Origin: Gemmatimonadota bacterium
Lineage (GTDB): Bacteria > Gemmatimonadota > Gemmatimonadetes > Longimicrobiales > Gaopeijiaceae
Length of the DNA stretch: 64,000 nucleotides
Assembly (NCBI GenBank): GCA_034521595.1
Contig: JAXHMG010000002.1
Coordinates: forward strand, 160,001-224,000
Reading direction: 5' to 3'
A model generated the notes under the pieces. The model was given only the letters and a program-made list of their open reading frames with translations, was not told the origin of the DNA and did no database searches. Positions 9,196 through 19,080 of this stretch are shown one piece after another. A program made the translations under genes and the position numbers. The first letter of the stretch is position 1. The number at the start of each line of letters is the position of its first letter.

Positions 9196-12100
9196 GCCCG
9201 GCGATCCGCCAGGGCCGCGAGCTCCCGCGCCACGACGGAGACCGCCGCGAATCCGACGGCGCTCTCGGCCTTCAGATCCGCCACGACCCCGCGGAATCGC
9301 TCGATCTCGCGAGCGCGCGTCCGGAGGAGCCGGTCGATCGCCACGGAGACGTCGTCCGTGGAACCGGTACGCCCGAGCACGTGCACCACCAACTTCCGGT
9401 GGGCGCGCGACAGGTCCTCGGAAAGGGCTTGGGCCGCCCGGTGCTCCCACTGATCGTCACCGACCGACGCGAAGGCCGACCGACGCAACCAGGGAATCTC
9501 GAACAGCTCGGAGGTCCGGTAATACGCATGCGCGGTCGCCACGGGATCGGATTCCGTATCCCGGGCGATATCGAGCACCTCCAGGAGCTGGTCGAGGAAG
9601 CGCAGCGTGATGAGGCGCCGTGAGAAGACTTCGTCCGCGCCCACCTTGCGGATCTCTTCCACCCTCGCCTCGAAGAGGGTTCGCTCCTCACCGGTGACGA
9701 ACGACCCGAAATTGTCCCGCAGCACGGCCAATCCCGGCACGCTCTCCGCCACGACCGTCGCGGGGGAAGTCTCCGGCTCCACGTTCTGGAGCACCCACCG
9801 AGTGGTCCGCTCCAGCACGCGCTGGAGACCCAGGATCCAGCGATAAGCGGCCCGGGTGTTGATCCGGTCCTGCTGCTCGGCGATCTGGGCCACGAGGGCA
9901 CGGTGATCGGCAAGCCGGGAGGCGACCAGCCAGGCACGGGCGACTTCTTCGACCCGCGAGCCCGTGTCACGGGCCACCCGCGTGATGAAGGTCGCGCCCA
10001 TCACGTCGACCAGATCGTTCGTGAGCTGACTGGCGATGATCTCGCGCCTCAGTCGATGCCCCTCGAGGCGCTCCCGCCCCGCGGCGGCGATGGCGGCCGA
10101 CGGGAAGTAGCCGAGGAGGTAACTCTCGGTGACCGGGTCGTCCGGCAAACCACCAGCCAGCAAGCGCGTCTTCAGGGCGAGCTTCGCATAGGAGAGCAAC
10201 ACGCAGAGCTCCGGACGCACCAGCGTTCTGCCTCCTTCCCGTCGCTCGCCCAAAACGTCGAGCGACGGAAGTCCTTCACCGGCCCGATCGAGCTCGCCCG
10301 TCTTCTCGAGCGCGAACATCAGGTCCCGGAAATCGTCGAAGCTCTCCCGCACCCGCTGCTCGTCGAGCGACACCGCGAGGCTCTGGCTCCGGTTGTCCTC
10401 GAGGACCAGATGGGCGATCGACTCGGTCAGCTCCTCCAGGAGCTCATTGCGCTCGTCCACCGACATGCGACCCTCCGCGACGGTCGGCTGCAGGAGGATC
10501 TTGAGGTTGACCTCGTGATCGGACATGTCGACGCCGCCCGAGTTGTCGAGCGCGTCCGTGTTGATGCGTCCACCCCGCAACGCGTACTCCACCCGAGCGG
10601 CCTGCGTGAAGCCCAGGTTACCCCCCTCTCCGACCACCTCGCACCGCAGCTCGGAGGCATCGATGCGGACCGAGTCGTTCGCGGGGTCCCCGGCATCGGC
10701 ATGGGTCTCCGAATCCGCCTTCACGTACGTCCCGATGCCTCCGTTCCAGAGGAGCTCCACCGGAGCCCTCAGCACGCACCGGATCAGCGTCTCGCCATCC
10801 ATCACTCCCGGCTCGTCGTCCGAAAGGCCGAGCGCCCGCCGTGCTTCGGGGGTGAGCTCGACCTCCTTCGCTCCCCGGGGAACCACCATCCCGCCGGGGC
10901 TGAGGAGGTCGGTGTCGTAATCTTCCCAGCTAGACCTCCCGAGCTCGAACACGCGCTTGCGCTCGGCGAAGGAAGTCGCGGGATCGGGGTCCGGATCGAT
11001 GAACACGTGCCGGTGGTCGAAGGCGGCCACCAAGCGAATCTGTTCGGACAGGAGCATCCCGTTGCCGAACACGTCGCCGCTCATGTCACCGATGCCCGCG
11101 ACCGTGAAGGGCTCCGTCTGGACATCCTTACCCTTCTCACGGAAGTGTCGCCTCACGCACTCCCACGCGCCGCGGGCGGTGATCCCCACCATCTTGTGGT
11201 CGTAGCCGTGCGACCCCCCGGAAGCGAACGCGTCATCGAGCCAGAAGCCGTATTCCGCGGCCACGGCGTTGGCGATGTCCGAGAAGGTGGCGGTCCCTTT
11301 ATCGGCCGCCACGACCAGATACGGGTCGGGAGGGTCGTACGCGACGATCCCTTCGGGCGTTACCGTGTCCCCTTGCACGTAGTTGTCCGTGATGTCGAGA
11401 AGGCCACGGATCAAGGTGCGGTACTGCCGCCGGCCCTCCTCCATGCGCGCGTCGGGCTCGGAGGGGACCCGGCGGGTGATGAAGCCTCCCTTCGAGCCCC
11501 CGGGAACGATCACCGCGTTCTTGACGACCTGTGTCCGCACCAGCCCGAGCACCTCGATCCGGAAATCGTCCGGGCGGTCGCTCCAGCGGATGCCGCCGCG
11601 GGCCACTCGCGCGCCGCGCAGATGCACTCCCTCCATCCGGGCCGAGTGGACCCATACCTCGTAGAGGAGGCTGGTCCTCCGTCCGAAGTCGAGCTCGTTG
11701 CTGTCGAACTTGAAGGAGACGTAGGGGGCGCCACCCGACCGCGCCTCGGGCCTCGCCCCACCGGTCCGATAGTAGTTCGTGCGCACGGTGGCGGAGATCA
11801 ACTCCGCCAGACGCCGAAGCGCTCGGTCGGCCGAGAGAAGCGCGACGCCCCGCAGCGACGCCTGAAAGGCCGCCCGGATGTCGGCCACGGCCCGGTCCCG
11901 CTCTTCCACCCCGAGGGAGCGTGACGGGTCGAAGCGGGTCTCGAAGAGCTCGAAGAGCTCCCGAGCGATGCCGGGGTGGGCTACCAGTGCGGAGGGCAGC
12001 GCCAGCCGGCTCGGGACCGCTCCGACCTGGAAGGCGAAGCCCGCGTATGCGCGGAGGGCGTCGACCTCCCTCCACCGCAGCCCGGCCGTGACGACGAGCG

Positions 12101-14090
12101 CGTTCAACCGGTCGCTCAACGCATCCCCGGAACGCACGGCCAGAATCGTCTCCGAGAGGAGCTCACCGCAGCGGTCGACGTCGAGCCTCCCACCCGAGGC
12201 ATCGAGCACCGCGAACAGATAAATCGTAGCCTCCGGGACCCCGTCGTCCTCGACGTCGAACGGCTTCACGCCCAACACGGTCAGCCCCGCGTCTTCGAGC
12301 ACCGGCATGAAGTCCGACAGGACGAGCCGCTCGCCACGGAGAAACACCTTGAGCTCGGTCACGCCCTCCGCACCCGCCACGGGCCCTTCCCGGTTCGCGA
12401 ACGCGATCGACGTGGTGCGTCCGTCGGCCTTCATCGCTTCGAGCGTTTCGATGTCCGACACCGCGACCGCGGGATCGATGACGGCCTGATACTCCCGGCT
12501 CATGGTGCGGGCGTAGTCGCGTGCGAGGCGCCGCGCGTCGTCCGAGCTCCACCGGCCCGCGAGCCCTTCGTGAATCCGATCTTCCCAGGTCCGGATGAGG
12601 CGGCCGACGACCTGCTCGAGCTCCTTCGCGTGGGCCTCGCGCCCCACCTCTGCGCGCGTGCCCATGTGGAAGTGCAGCCGCGCCTGATCGCCCGAACCGA
12701 GGGCCAGGTGGTAGTTGAGCACGTCCCCGTCGAAGATCCGGACCAGCGCTGCTTCGATCTCCTTCCGCACGGCGCCCGAGAACCGGTCCTTGGGCAGGAT
12801 CACCATGACCGAGAGCCCCCGCTCCAGCGGGTCCTCGCGCAGCGCCACCCGGACGTCGTCGGTGTTGTAGGCGGTGAGCACCGTGCGCACGTCGGCGCCG
12901 ATCTCCTCGGCCGAGGTGAGGAAGAGCTCCTCCTTCGGCATCGAGTTGAAGATCGTGATGATCTCCTTGTAGTCGTGCGATCCCGGACGGACGTGCTCGG
13001 CCTCGAGGATGTCCGCGAGCTTCTGCCGCAGGATCGGGATGTTCTCCGCCGCTTCCGAGAAGGTACGGGACGTGAAAAGCCCCACGAACCGGTGCTCGCC
13101 GACGGATCGTCCCTCCTCGTCGAGCTTCTTGATCCCGATGTAGTCCATCCGGGCGCGCCGGTGGACGGTCGACTCGGCGTTCGTCTTGCTGATGATGAGA
13201 ACGGGCCCGCGCTCCGCGAGTCGGCGCATGCCTTCGTCGAGCTCGGAGAGAGGCACGCCCGCCGCGAAGCGGGACTCGGCTTCGTTGCGGAGGACGCCCA
13301 GTCCGGATCCGGGCTCCACGATGACCACCCGGTCCCCGTCCTCTCGCGGGACGAAATCGTAGGCCCGGTATCCGAGGAAGACGAAGCCGTCGTCACGCAG
13401 CCATTTCAGAAAGTCCCGGATCTCGGCGAGCTCGGAGGAGCGCTCTTCCACCGCGTCCCGATGCCGCTCCAAATCCGCGACCACCCGGTCGAGGGCCCCG
13501 ATCATCGGCTCGAAGTCATCGGTTGCCCGTACGACATCCTGGAGGCGGCGCCGGAGCTCGCCACGGATGTGCTCGAGGCGCCCGGGGTCGGTCACCCGGT
13601 CGATCTCCAAGTGGACCAGCGATTCCTTGTTGCCGGTATCGCTCGGGGGCGCGACCGCGGTTACCCGGCCTTCCGCGTCCCGGCTCACGTCGAGAATCGG
13701 ATAAACCATCCAGGCGACCGGGAGGTCCTCCGCGTGCAGGAACTCGCGAATCGTATCGATGATGAACGGCCGCTCGCTGACGTTCGTCCTGATCACCGTG
13801 GTCCCCGCATCCCACCCTTCTTGCTCGACCGTCGGGGTGCCCACATCCACCCGATCGGGACTCGAAGCCGCGAGGAAGCGGTAGGCACCGAGCGTCATAC
13901 CGGCGACGTCCTCACCGCTTCGACCCCGAAGCAGCTCCTCCGGAGCACGCTCGAGAAACGCGCGGGCGAAATCGACCGCGAGATCGGCTTCCTCCTCGGG
14001 CACGAGGCCGCGGACATGGTCGCAGACCGATTCCACGTTCTCGGCAGGTTCTAAGATTCGGCGCGGTGCCGATTCCGTGGTTTCGCCCAT
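9192..14090 (-). CDS. gdhB: Large NAD-specific glutamate dehydrogenase
   Basis: ~1630 aa; ARGGIRWSDR, VKNAVIVPGGSKGGF, YLVVAADKGTATFSD, GIGDMSGDVFGNGML, DNSGGVDMSDHEVN. Confidence 0.97.
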   Translation of the reverse strand: MGETTESAPRRILEPAENVESVCDHVRGLVPEEEADLAVDFARAFLERAPEELLRGRSGEDVAGMTLGAYRFLAASSPDRVDVGTPTVEQEGWDAGTTVIRTNVSERPFIIDTIREFLHAEDLPVAWMVYPILDVSRDAEGRVTAVAPPSDTGNKESLVHLEIDRVTDPGRLEHIRGELRRRLQDVVRATDDFEPMIGALDRVVADLERHRDAVEERSSELAEIRDFLKWLRDDGFVFLGYRAYDFVPREDGDRVVIVEPGSGLGVLRNEAESRFAAGVPLSELDEGMRRLAERGPVLIISKTNAESTVHRRARMDYIGIKKLDEEGRSVGEHRFVGLFTSRTFSEAAENIPILRQKLADILEAEHVRPGSHDYKEIITIFNSMPKEELFLTSAEEIGADVRTVLTAYNTDDVRVALREDPLERGLSVMVILPKDRFSGAVRKEIEAALVRIFDGDVLNYHLALGSGDQARLHFHMGTRAEVGREAHAKELEQVVGRLIRTWEDRIHEGLAGRWSSDDARRLARDYARTMSREYQAVIDPAVAVSDIETLEAMKADGRTTSIAFANREGPVAGAEGVTELKVFLRGERLVLSDFMPVLEDAGLTVLGVKPFDVEDDGVPEATIYLFAVLDASGGRLDVDRCGELLSETILAVRSGDALSDRLNALVVTAGLRWREVDALRAYAGFAFQVGAVPSRLALPSALVAHPGIARELFELFETRFDPSRSLGVEERDRAVADIRAAFQASLRGVALLSADRALRRLAELISATVRTNYYRTGGARPEARSGGAPYVSFKFDSNELDFGRRTSLLYEVWVHSARMEGVHLRGARVARGGIRWSDRPDDFRIEVLGLVRTQVVKNAVIVPGGSKGGFITRRVPSEPDARMEEGRRQYRTLIRGLLDITDNYVQGDTVTPEGIVAYDPPDPYLVVAADKGTATFSDIANAVAAEYGFWLDDAFASGGSHGYDHKMVGITARGAWECVRRHFREKGKDVQTEPFTVAGIGDMSGDVFGNGMLLSEQIRLVAAFDHRHVFIDPDPDPATSFAERKRVFELGRSSWEDYDTDLLSPGGMVVPRGAKEVELTPEARRALGLSDDEPGVMDGETLIRCVLRAPVELLWNGGIGTYVKADSETHADAGDPANDSVRIDASELRCEVVGEGGNLGFTQAARVEYALRGGRINTDALDNSGGVDMSDHEVNLKILLQPTVAEGRMSVDERNELLEELTESIAHLVLEDNRSQSLAVSLDEQRVRESFDDFRDLMFALEKTGELDRAGEGLPSLDVLGERREGGRTLVRPELCVLLSYAKLALKTRLLAGGLPDDPVTESYLLGYFPSAAIAAAGRERLEGHRLRREIIASQLTNDLVDVMGATFITRVARDTGSRVEEVARAWLVASRLADHRALVAQIAEQQDRINTRAAYRWILGLQRVLERTTRWVLQNVEPETSPATVVAESVPGLAVLRDNFGSFVTGEERTLFEARVEEIRKVGADEVFSRRLITLRFLDQLLEVLDIARDTESDPVATAHAYYRTSELFEIPWLRRSAFASVGDDQWEHRAAQALSEDLSRAHRKLVVHVLGRTGSTDDVSVAIDRLLRTRAREIERFRGVVADLKAESAVGFAAVSVVARELAALADRRA

Positions 14091-14241
14091 GGGATAATCG
14101 CGGCTCGGGGGACCGTCGTCGGAGCGAGGGATGGATGCTCGCACAACATTATCTGAGATCGCCGTGGCGGGAAACCCGAACGTGGCGGTGGAGACCCCGC
14201 TTGCGAATTTCCCGGCCCCGCCCTTTCATCTACCTTGCTGC

Positions 14242-15498
14242 ATGCGCTTCCTCCACCTGGCAGACGTCCACCTCGACACCTCCTTCTCCGGTCGGTCCGA
14301 GAAGGTCCGCCGGCGCCTCCGCGACGCGTCCCGGGAAGCGTTCCGCCGCGCGGTGGACCTGGCGCTGGAGGAGGATGTCGACGCGGTGCTGATCGCCGGG
14401 GATCTGTTCGACGGAGACCGGCTCTCGTTCCAGACCGAGCGCTTCCTTCTGGAACAGGTGGGCCGGCTGGGGGACCAGGGGATCTCCGTGATCTACGCGA
14501 CGGGCAACCACGATCCGGGCTCGGCCGCGGGGGGACCACGCACCCTCCAGTGGCCGCCCAACGTGGTCACGGCCACCGACGCCACGCCGAAGCGCATCGG
14601 CGTCGCCGCCCGGGCGGGAGGCACCGCCGGGTACGTGAGCACGATCGGCCACGAAAGCGCCGGCGAGGAGCGGGACCTCGCCCGCATGATCCCCGCCCCC
14701 GAGGGCGAGTTGCCGGAGGTCGGTCTGCTCCACACGCAGGTGCGGACATCGGCCGGCGCGGAACAGCACGGGTCCTACGCGCCTTCGGAGCTTTCCTACC
14801 TGCGCCGGGCCGGATTCGACTACTGGGCGTTGGGGCACATCCACGTGCCACAGGAGCTCTCCCCCGACCCGCCGATCTGGTACTCCGGCAGCCTACAGGG
14901 CCGGAGTCACGGCGAGCAGGGCGCACACGGCGCGCTTCTCGTCGATCTGAGGGACCGGGACGCGCCCGTCGTCGCGTTCCGTGCGCTCGCGAGCGTCCGG
15001 TGGGAAACCGTGACCGTTCCGCGACTCGACGGGATCGCGTCCTTCGACGCGCTCCTCAGCCACCTCGGCGCCGTCTGGGACGACGCCCGTGCGTCGGATC
15101 CCGGCGTTCCGGGCACCGAGTGGATGGTACGGGTCGTGCTCCGAGGTCCAAGTCCCCTTTGGGCCGAGCTCCAGAGCGACGAGGACCGGGAAACCCTGTC
15201 CGCGGAGCTGCGCGACCTCCTCGGGGTGCTCGACGCCACGGTGATCACCGACGGGGTCCATCCCGTCATCCCGATCGACGAGCATCGGACGCGTACCGAC
15301 GTGCTGGGCGAAGCGTTGCGGCTCGCCGCGGACGTGCGTGCCGGCCGGGCGGTGCTCGCCGACATCGGAGCGGACGAGCTGGCCGGCGCGCCCGGCACGG
15401 CCGGCGATGCCGTCGCCGACTACGTCCGGGAGCTTCTCCATGGCATTGACGGAGAGCTCGCCGCCCGACTCCTCGACGACGCCGGAAGCGCCTCGTGA
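14242..15498 (+). CDS. YhaO/Mre11-like metallophosphoesterase (DNA repair exonuclease)
   Basis: Intact motifs DVHLD, AGDLFD, GNHD, GLLH, ALGHIH. Confidence 0.92.
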   Translation: MRFLHLADVHLDTSFSGRSEKVRRRLRDASREAFRRAVDLALEEDVDAVLIAGDLFDGDRLSFQTERFLLEQVGRLGDQGISVIYATGNHDPGSAAGGPRTLQWPPNVVTATDATPKRIGVAARAGGTAGYVSTIGHESAGEERDLARMIPAPEGELPEVGLLHTQVRTSAGAEQHGSYAPSELSYLRRAGFDYWALGHIHVPQELSPDPPIWYSGSLQGRSHGEQGAHGALLVDLRDRDAPVVAFRALASVRWETVTVPRLDGIASFDALLSHLGAVWDDARASDPGVPGTEWMVRVVLRGPSPLWAELQSDEDRETLSAELRDLLGVLDATVITDGVHPVIPIDEHRTRTDVLGEALRLAADVRAGRAVLADIGADELAGAPGTAGDAVADYVRELLHGIDGELAARLLDDAGSAS

Positions 15499-18188
15499 GG
15501 ATCGAGCGTCTGGACATCGAAGGCTTCGGACGTCTGTCGGGTTTCGATAGCGGCGAGGAGGCGCTCCCCTCGCTGGTCGTCGTGCTCGGACCGAACGAGG
15601 CCGGCAAGTCGACGCTGTTCGAGTTCCTCACCACCATGCTGCACGGCTTCCTCCCCGCGTCCCGCGACCTGAACCCCTTCGTTCCATGGGGAACCGACGA
15701 GGCCCGGGGATCGCTCGATCTGAGGCTCGAGGACGGACAGGCGGCCACCGTGACCCGTCGCCTCCGTTCCCAGCCGGCGGGGCAGCTCTCCCTGGACGGG
15801 GCCGTGACGGATCTCCGTAACCATCCCCTTCCCTGGGCGGAGCACGTGCCGAGGCGCGTCTTCCGCCAGGTGTTCGCCATCACGTTGGGGGAGCTGGCCA
15901 GTCTCGATGACGAAACCTGGGCGCGCATCCAGGATCGTGTGGTCGGGTCCATGGGGGCCGCCGACCTCGAGCCCGTACGGAGCGTGGCCTCCGAGCTGGA
16001 GCGAGAAGCCGGTGAGCTCTGGCGTCCCAACCGGAGGGGGAACCAGAAGGTGCGCGCGGCCCGGGACCGCATCCGCGAGCTGCGCGGCCGCCGACGCGAA
16101 GCGAGCGAGCGTGACCGGGAGCTGCGGCGAAAGGTCGAGGAGCTCGAACGAGTCCGTCACAACCTCCACGCCCTCCGTGAGCGGCGAGCCAGGGACGAGG
16201 TGGTCCTCGAGCGCGCGCAGGTGCTCGTCCCGATCCGGGCGCAGCTCGAGCGGATCGACGGGTTACGTGCCGAAGGAGGCCCCATGGAGCTCCTCGCCGA
16301 CCTTCCCCCGTCACCACACGATCGGCTGCGGAAGCTCCAGGAAGAGGCACGCGCCGTGGAGCAGCGGCTGTCGGACCTCGAGGCGGAGCGTGCGACGCCG
16401 GAAGAGCAGGTGGCCATGCTGACGCCCGACGTCCGCACGCTCCTCGATCGGCGGGACGAGGTCACCCGGTTCGTCTCGTCGGCCGCGCGGGTCGCCGCGG
16501 ACCGGGATCGAGTCGTGGAGATCGGAGCCGAGATCACGGCGCTCGAGGAAGGGCTGGATCGGTTGACCCGCGAGCTGGTCGGGACGTCCTGGTCGGAAGC
16601 GCCCAGGGACGAACTCCTGGACCTCACGCCCAGCCGGGTCCGGGACCTCGTCGAGCGGATCGAGCGTGCACGACGACGCACCGCGGTCGGGGAGAGGGAG
16701 CTGGAATCCGGAGACGGGGTGAGCGGTGGCGCCGGACTCGCCGGCGCCATGGGGCTCACGGCCGCCGGGCTGGTCCTGGCCGTCTGGGGCCTCGCCTCGG
16801 CCGCGATGCTCCCGGCCACCCTGGGGGTCGCCCTGACGACCACGGGTGCGGCGCTCGCCTGGCTCACGCTCCGTGAGCGCCGGGCTCGGGCCGTCGCACG
16901 GGCGGAACGGCGGCGAGAAGCAGAGGAGGCCCACGTCGAGCTACGGGACGCGACGGCCGAGTTCCGAGAGATGGTGGAGTCACTCGCGGTCGCGTCCCGG
17001 CACGTGGACGAGCCCGGACCCTCGTTCGTCACCGCGGTGGAGCGCCTCCACGATCTCGCCGGCCAGCGCCACGGGAAGCTACGGGCGCAGGAGGAAGCCA
17101 CCGGCCGTATCGAAGCGATCGCGGCGGAAGGACGGGCCCTGGCCGCCCGGGTCTCCGTCGAATGCGGTCCGGACGAAGCACCGGAGGAAGTCGCCGCGCT
17201 CCTATCCGACCGTCTCCGGCGCGCGGAGCGCATCGAGCAAGCCGCGGACACCGCGAGCCGGGAGTTGGAGCGACTCGACCGGGAAGAGGGGGAGACCCGG
17301 AAGACGCTCGAAGACGTTCAGGCTCGAATCACCGCGCTGAGGGAGGCGGCGAAGCGGTTCGGGGAAGACGCTCCGAGCAAGGCCCTCGAGCACGCTTCTG
17401 GCCGCATGAAGGCCCACGAGCGGGCACGGCAGCTCGAAGAGGAGCTCGAACGTGGCCATCCCGACCTTCCGAGGCTTCGCAAGCGGATCGAAGAGGCCCA
17501 CCGCGAAGGCGCGACATGGCTCACGGACGAAGGGGAGATCGCCGACCGAAAGGCCCGCATTCAGCAAGTCACCGAGGAGATCGAAGAGCTCAAAGGCCGA
17601 ACGGACGCGCTGACGACCGAGATCGAACACGCCCGCACCCAGGAAACGGCCGACTGGGTCGACGGACAGATCGCGACCCTGGAAGCGGAGATCGGGAGCC
17701 TCGTGCGAGAGAGGGACCGCAAGTGGGTCCTGGCCCGACTCCTCCGCGAAGCCGACCGCCGGTTCCGGGAAGCGCACCAGCCGGACTTGATGCGCAGAGC
17801 CGGAGCCCACCTGGCGCACCTCACGGGCGGCCGGTACGACAGGTTTCTCGTCGAGGAGGCCGACGACGGAGACCTCTTCAAGATCACCGGCGCCGGCGTA
17901 GCGGGCCCCATCCCGCTCAGGCACCCGATCTCGACGGGAACGCTCGAGCAGGCTTACATGAGCCTTCGGCTCGCGATCGTGGACCATCTCGACTCGGGCG
18001 AGGAATCACTGCCGCTCTTCATCGACGAGGTGTTCGTGAACTGGGATGCGGAGCGAAGGGCCCGCGGGCTCGAGGTCGTGGCGAGCATGGCGGACGAGCG
18101 ACAGATCTTCGTCTTCACCTGCCACCCCTACCTCGCCGGCGAGCTCCGCGACCGGGGAGCGGGGCTCATCGAGCTGGAGGGCGCGTGA
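15495..18188 (+). CDS. YhaN-like SMC/Rad50-type ATPase with internal TM hairpin
   Basis: Walker A GPNEAGKST, long coiled coil, two TM helices mid-protein, ISTGTLEQ signature, Walker B LFIDEVFVNWD, FTCH. Confidence 0.92.
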   Translation: MRIERLDIEGFGRLSGFDSGEEALPSLVVVLGPNEAGKSTLFEFLTTMLHGFLPASRDLNPFVPWGTDEARGSLDLRLEDGQAATVTRRLRSQPAGQLSLDGAVTDLRNHPLPWAEHVPRRVFRQVFAITLGELASLDDETWARIQDRVVGSMGAADLEPVRSVASELEREAGELWRPNRRGNQKVRAARDRIRELRGRRREASERDRELRRKVEELERVRHNLHALRERRARDEVVLERAQVLVPIRAQLERIDGLRAEGGPMELLADLPPSPHDRLRKLQEEARAVEQRLSDLEAERATPEEQVAMLTPDVRTLLDRRDEVTRFVSSAARVAADRDRVVEIGAEITALEEGLDRLTRELVGTSWSEAPRDELLDLTPSRVRDLVERIERARRRTAVGERELESGDGVSGGAGLAGAMGLTAAGLVLAVWGLASAAMLPATLGVALTTTGAALAWLTLRERRARAVARAERRREAEEAHVELRDATAEFREMVESLAVASRHVDEPGPSFVTAVERLHDLAGQRHGKLRAQEEATGRIEAIAAEGRALAARVSVECGPDEAPEEVAALLSDRLRRAERIEQAADTASRELERLDREEGETRKTLEDVQARITALREAAKRFGEDAPSKALEHASGRMKAHERARQLEEELERGHPDLPRLRKRIEEAHREGATWLTDEGEIADRKARIQQVTEEIEELKGRTDALTTEIEHARTQETADWVDGQIATLEAEIGSLVRERDRKWVLARLLREADRRFREAHQPDLMRRAGAHLAHLTGGRYDRFLVEEADDGDLFKITGAGVAGPIPLRHPISTGTLEQAYMSLRLAIVDHLDSGEESLPLFIDEVFVNWDAERRARGLEVVASMADERQIFVFTCHPYLAGELRDRGAGLIELEGA

Positions 18189-18207
18189 ACCAGCCCGGAG
18201 CGGTCCG

Positions 18208-19029
18208 ATGAGCACCCGACCACGCCTCCACGTGACGCGGAGTGGACGCCCGCTCCACCCGGACGGGGAGACGTTTCTCCTCCTCCACGGCTTCGGCGGC
18301 TCTTCGTTCAGCTGGCGCTGGTGGACCCCCGCGCTGGAGCATCGGGGCCACGTCGTCCAGGTGGACCTCCTGGGCTTCGGACGGTCACCCATGCCGGTCG
18401 AGGGCCCATACGACCCCGAGGGCCAGGCGGGTCTCGTGCTGGACGTGCTCGACGGGATCGATCCGGCTCGACTCACCATCGTCGGCCACTCCTTCGGCGG
18501 AGCGATCTCCCTTCTGCTCGCCCTCGAGCTCCAGGAGCGCGGACGCGCGCCCGAGCGGCTGGTCCTGGTAGCGGGCGTCGCGTACCGACAGCGAATCCCT
18601 CCGTTCGTGCGGATCGCCCGTTACCCGCGCCTCGGTCAGGCCCTCTCCGAGCTGGTAGGTGTGCGGACCATCATGGCACAGGCGCTTCGCTCCGTCGTCT
18701 TCGACACGACCTCCGTCACCTCCGAGCTCGTCACCGGATACGCCCGCCCCTTCACGCGCGAAGGCGCCATACGAGCGGTCCTCACCTGCGCCACCCGAAT
18801 CCAGCCCCCGCGGATGGACGCCATCACGGCGCTCTATCCCCGGCTGTCGATGCCCACGCTCCTCCTCTGGGGACGACACGACCCCGTCGTGCCGCCCTGG
18901 GTCGGTGCACGCCTCGCCCACGATCTCCCCAACGCTCGGCTCCGCACCCTCGAACGGTGTGGCCATCTCCCCCAGGAAGAGCTACCGGAAGCGTCGCTGG
19001 CGGAAGTCGAAGCGTTTCTCGATTCCTGA
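18208..19029 (+). CDS. Alpha/beta hydrolase
   Basis: LLHGFGG, GHSFGG nucleophile elbow, WGRHD, CGHLPQEE. Confidence 0.9.
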   Translation: MSTRPRLHVTRSGRPLHPDGETFLLLHGFGGSSFSWRWWTPALEHRGHVVQVDLLGFGRSPMPVEGPYDPEGQAGLVLDVLDGIDPARLTIVGHSFGGAISLLLALELQERGRAPERLVLVAGVAYRQRIPPFVRIARYPRLGQALSELVGVRTIMAQALRSVVFDTTSVTSELVTGYARPFTREGAIRAVLTCATRIQPPRMDAITALYPRLSMPTLLLWGRHDPVVPPWVGARLAHDLPNARLRTLERCGHLPQEELPEASLAEVEAFLDS

Positions 19030-19080
19030 CGGGCATGCCCGCGCTCGGCGAATCGGAAGCACCAGGGACATCGCGGACCG

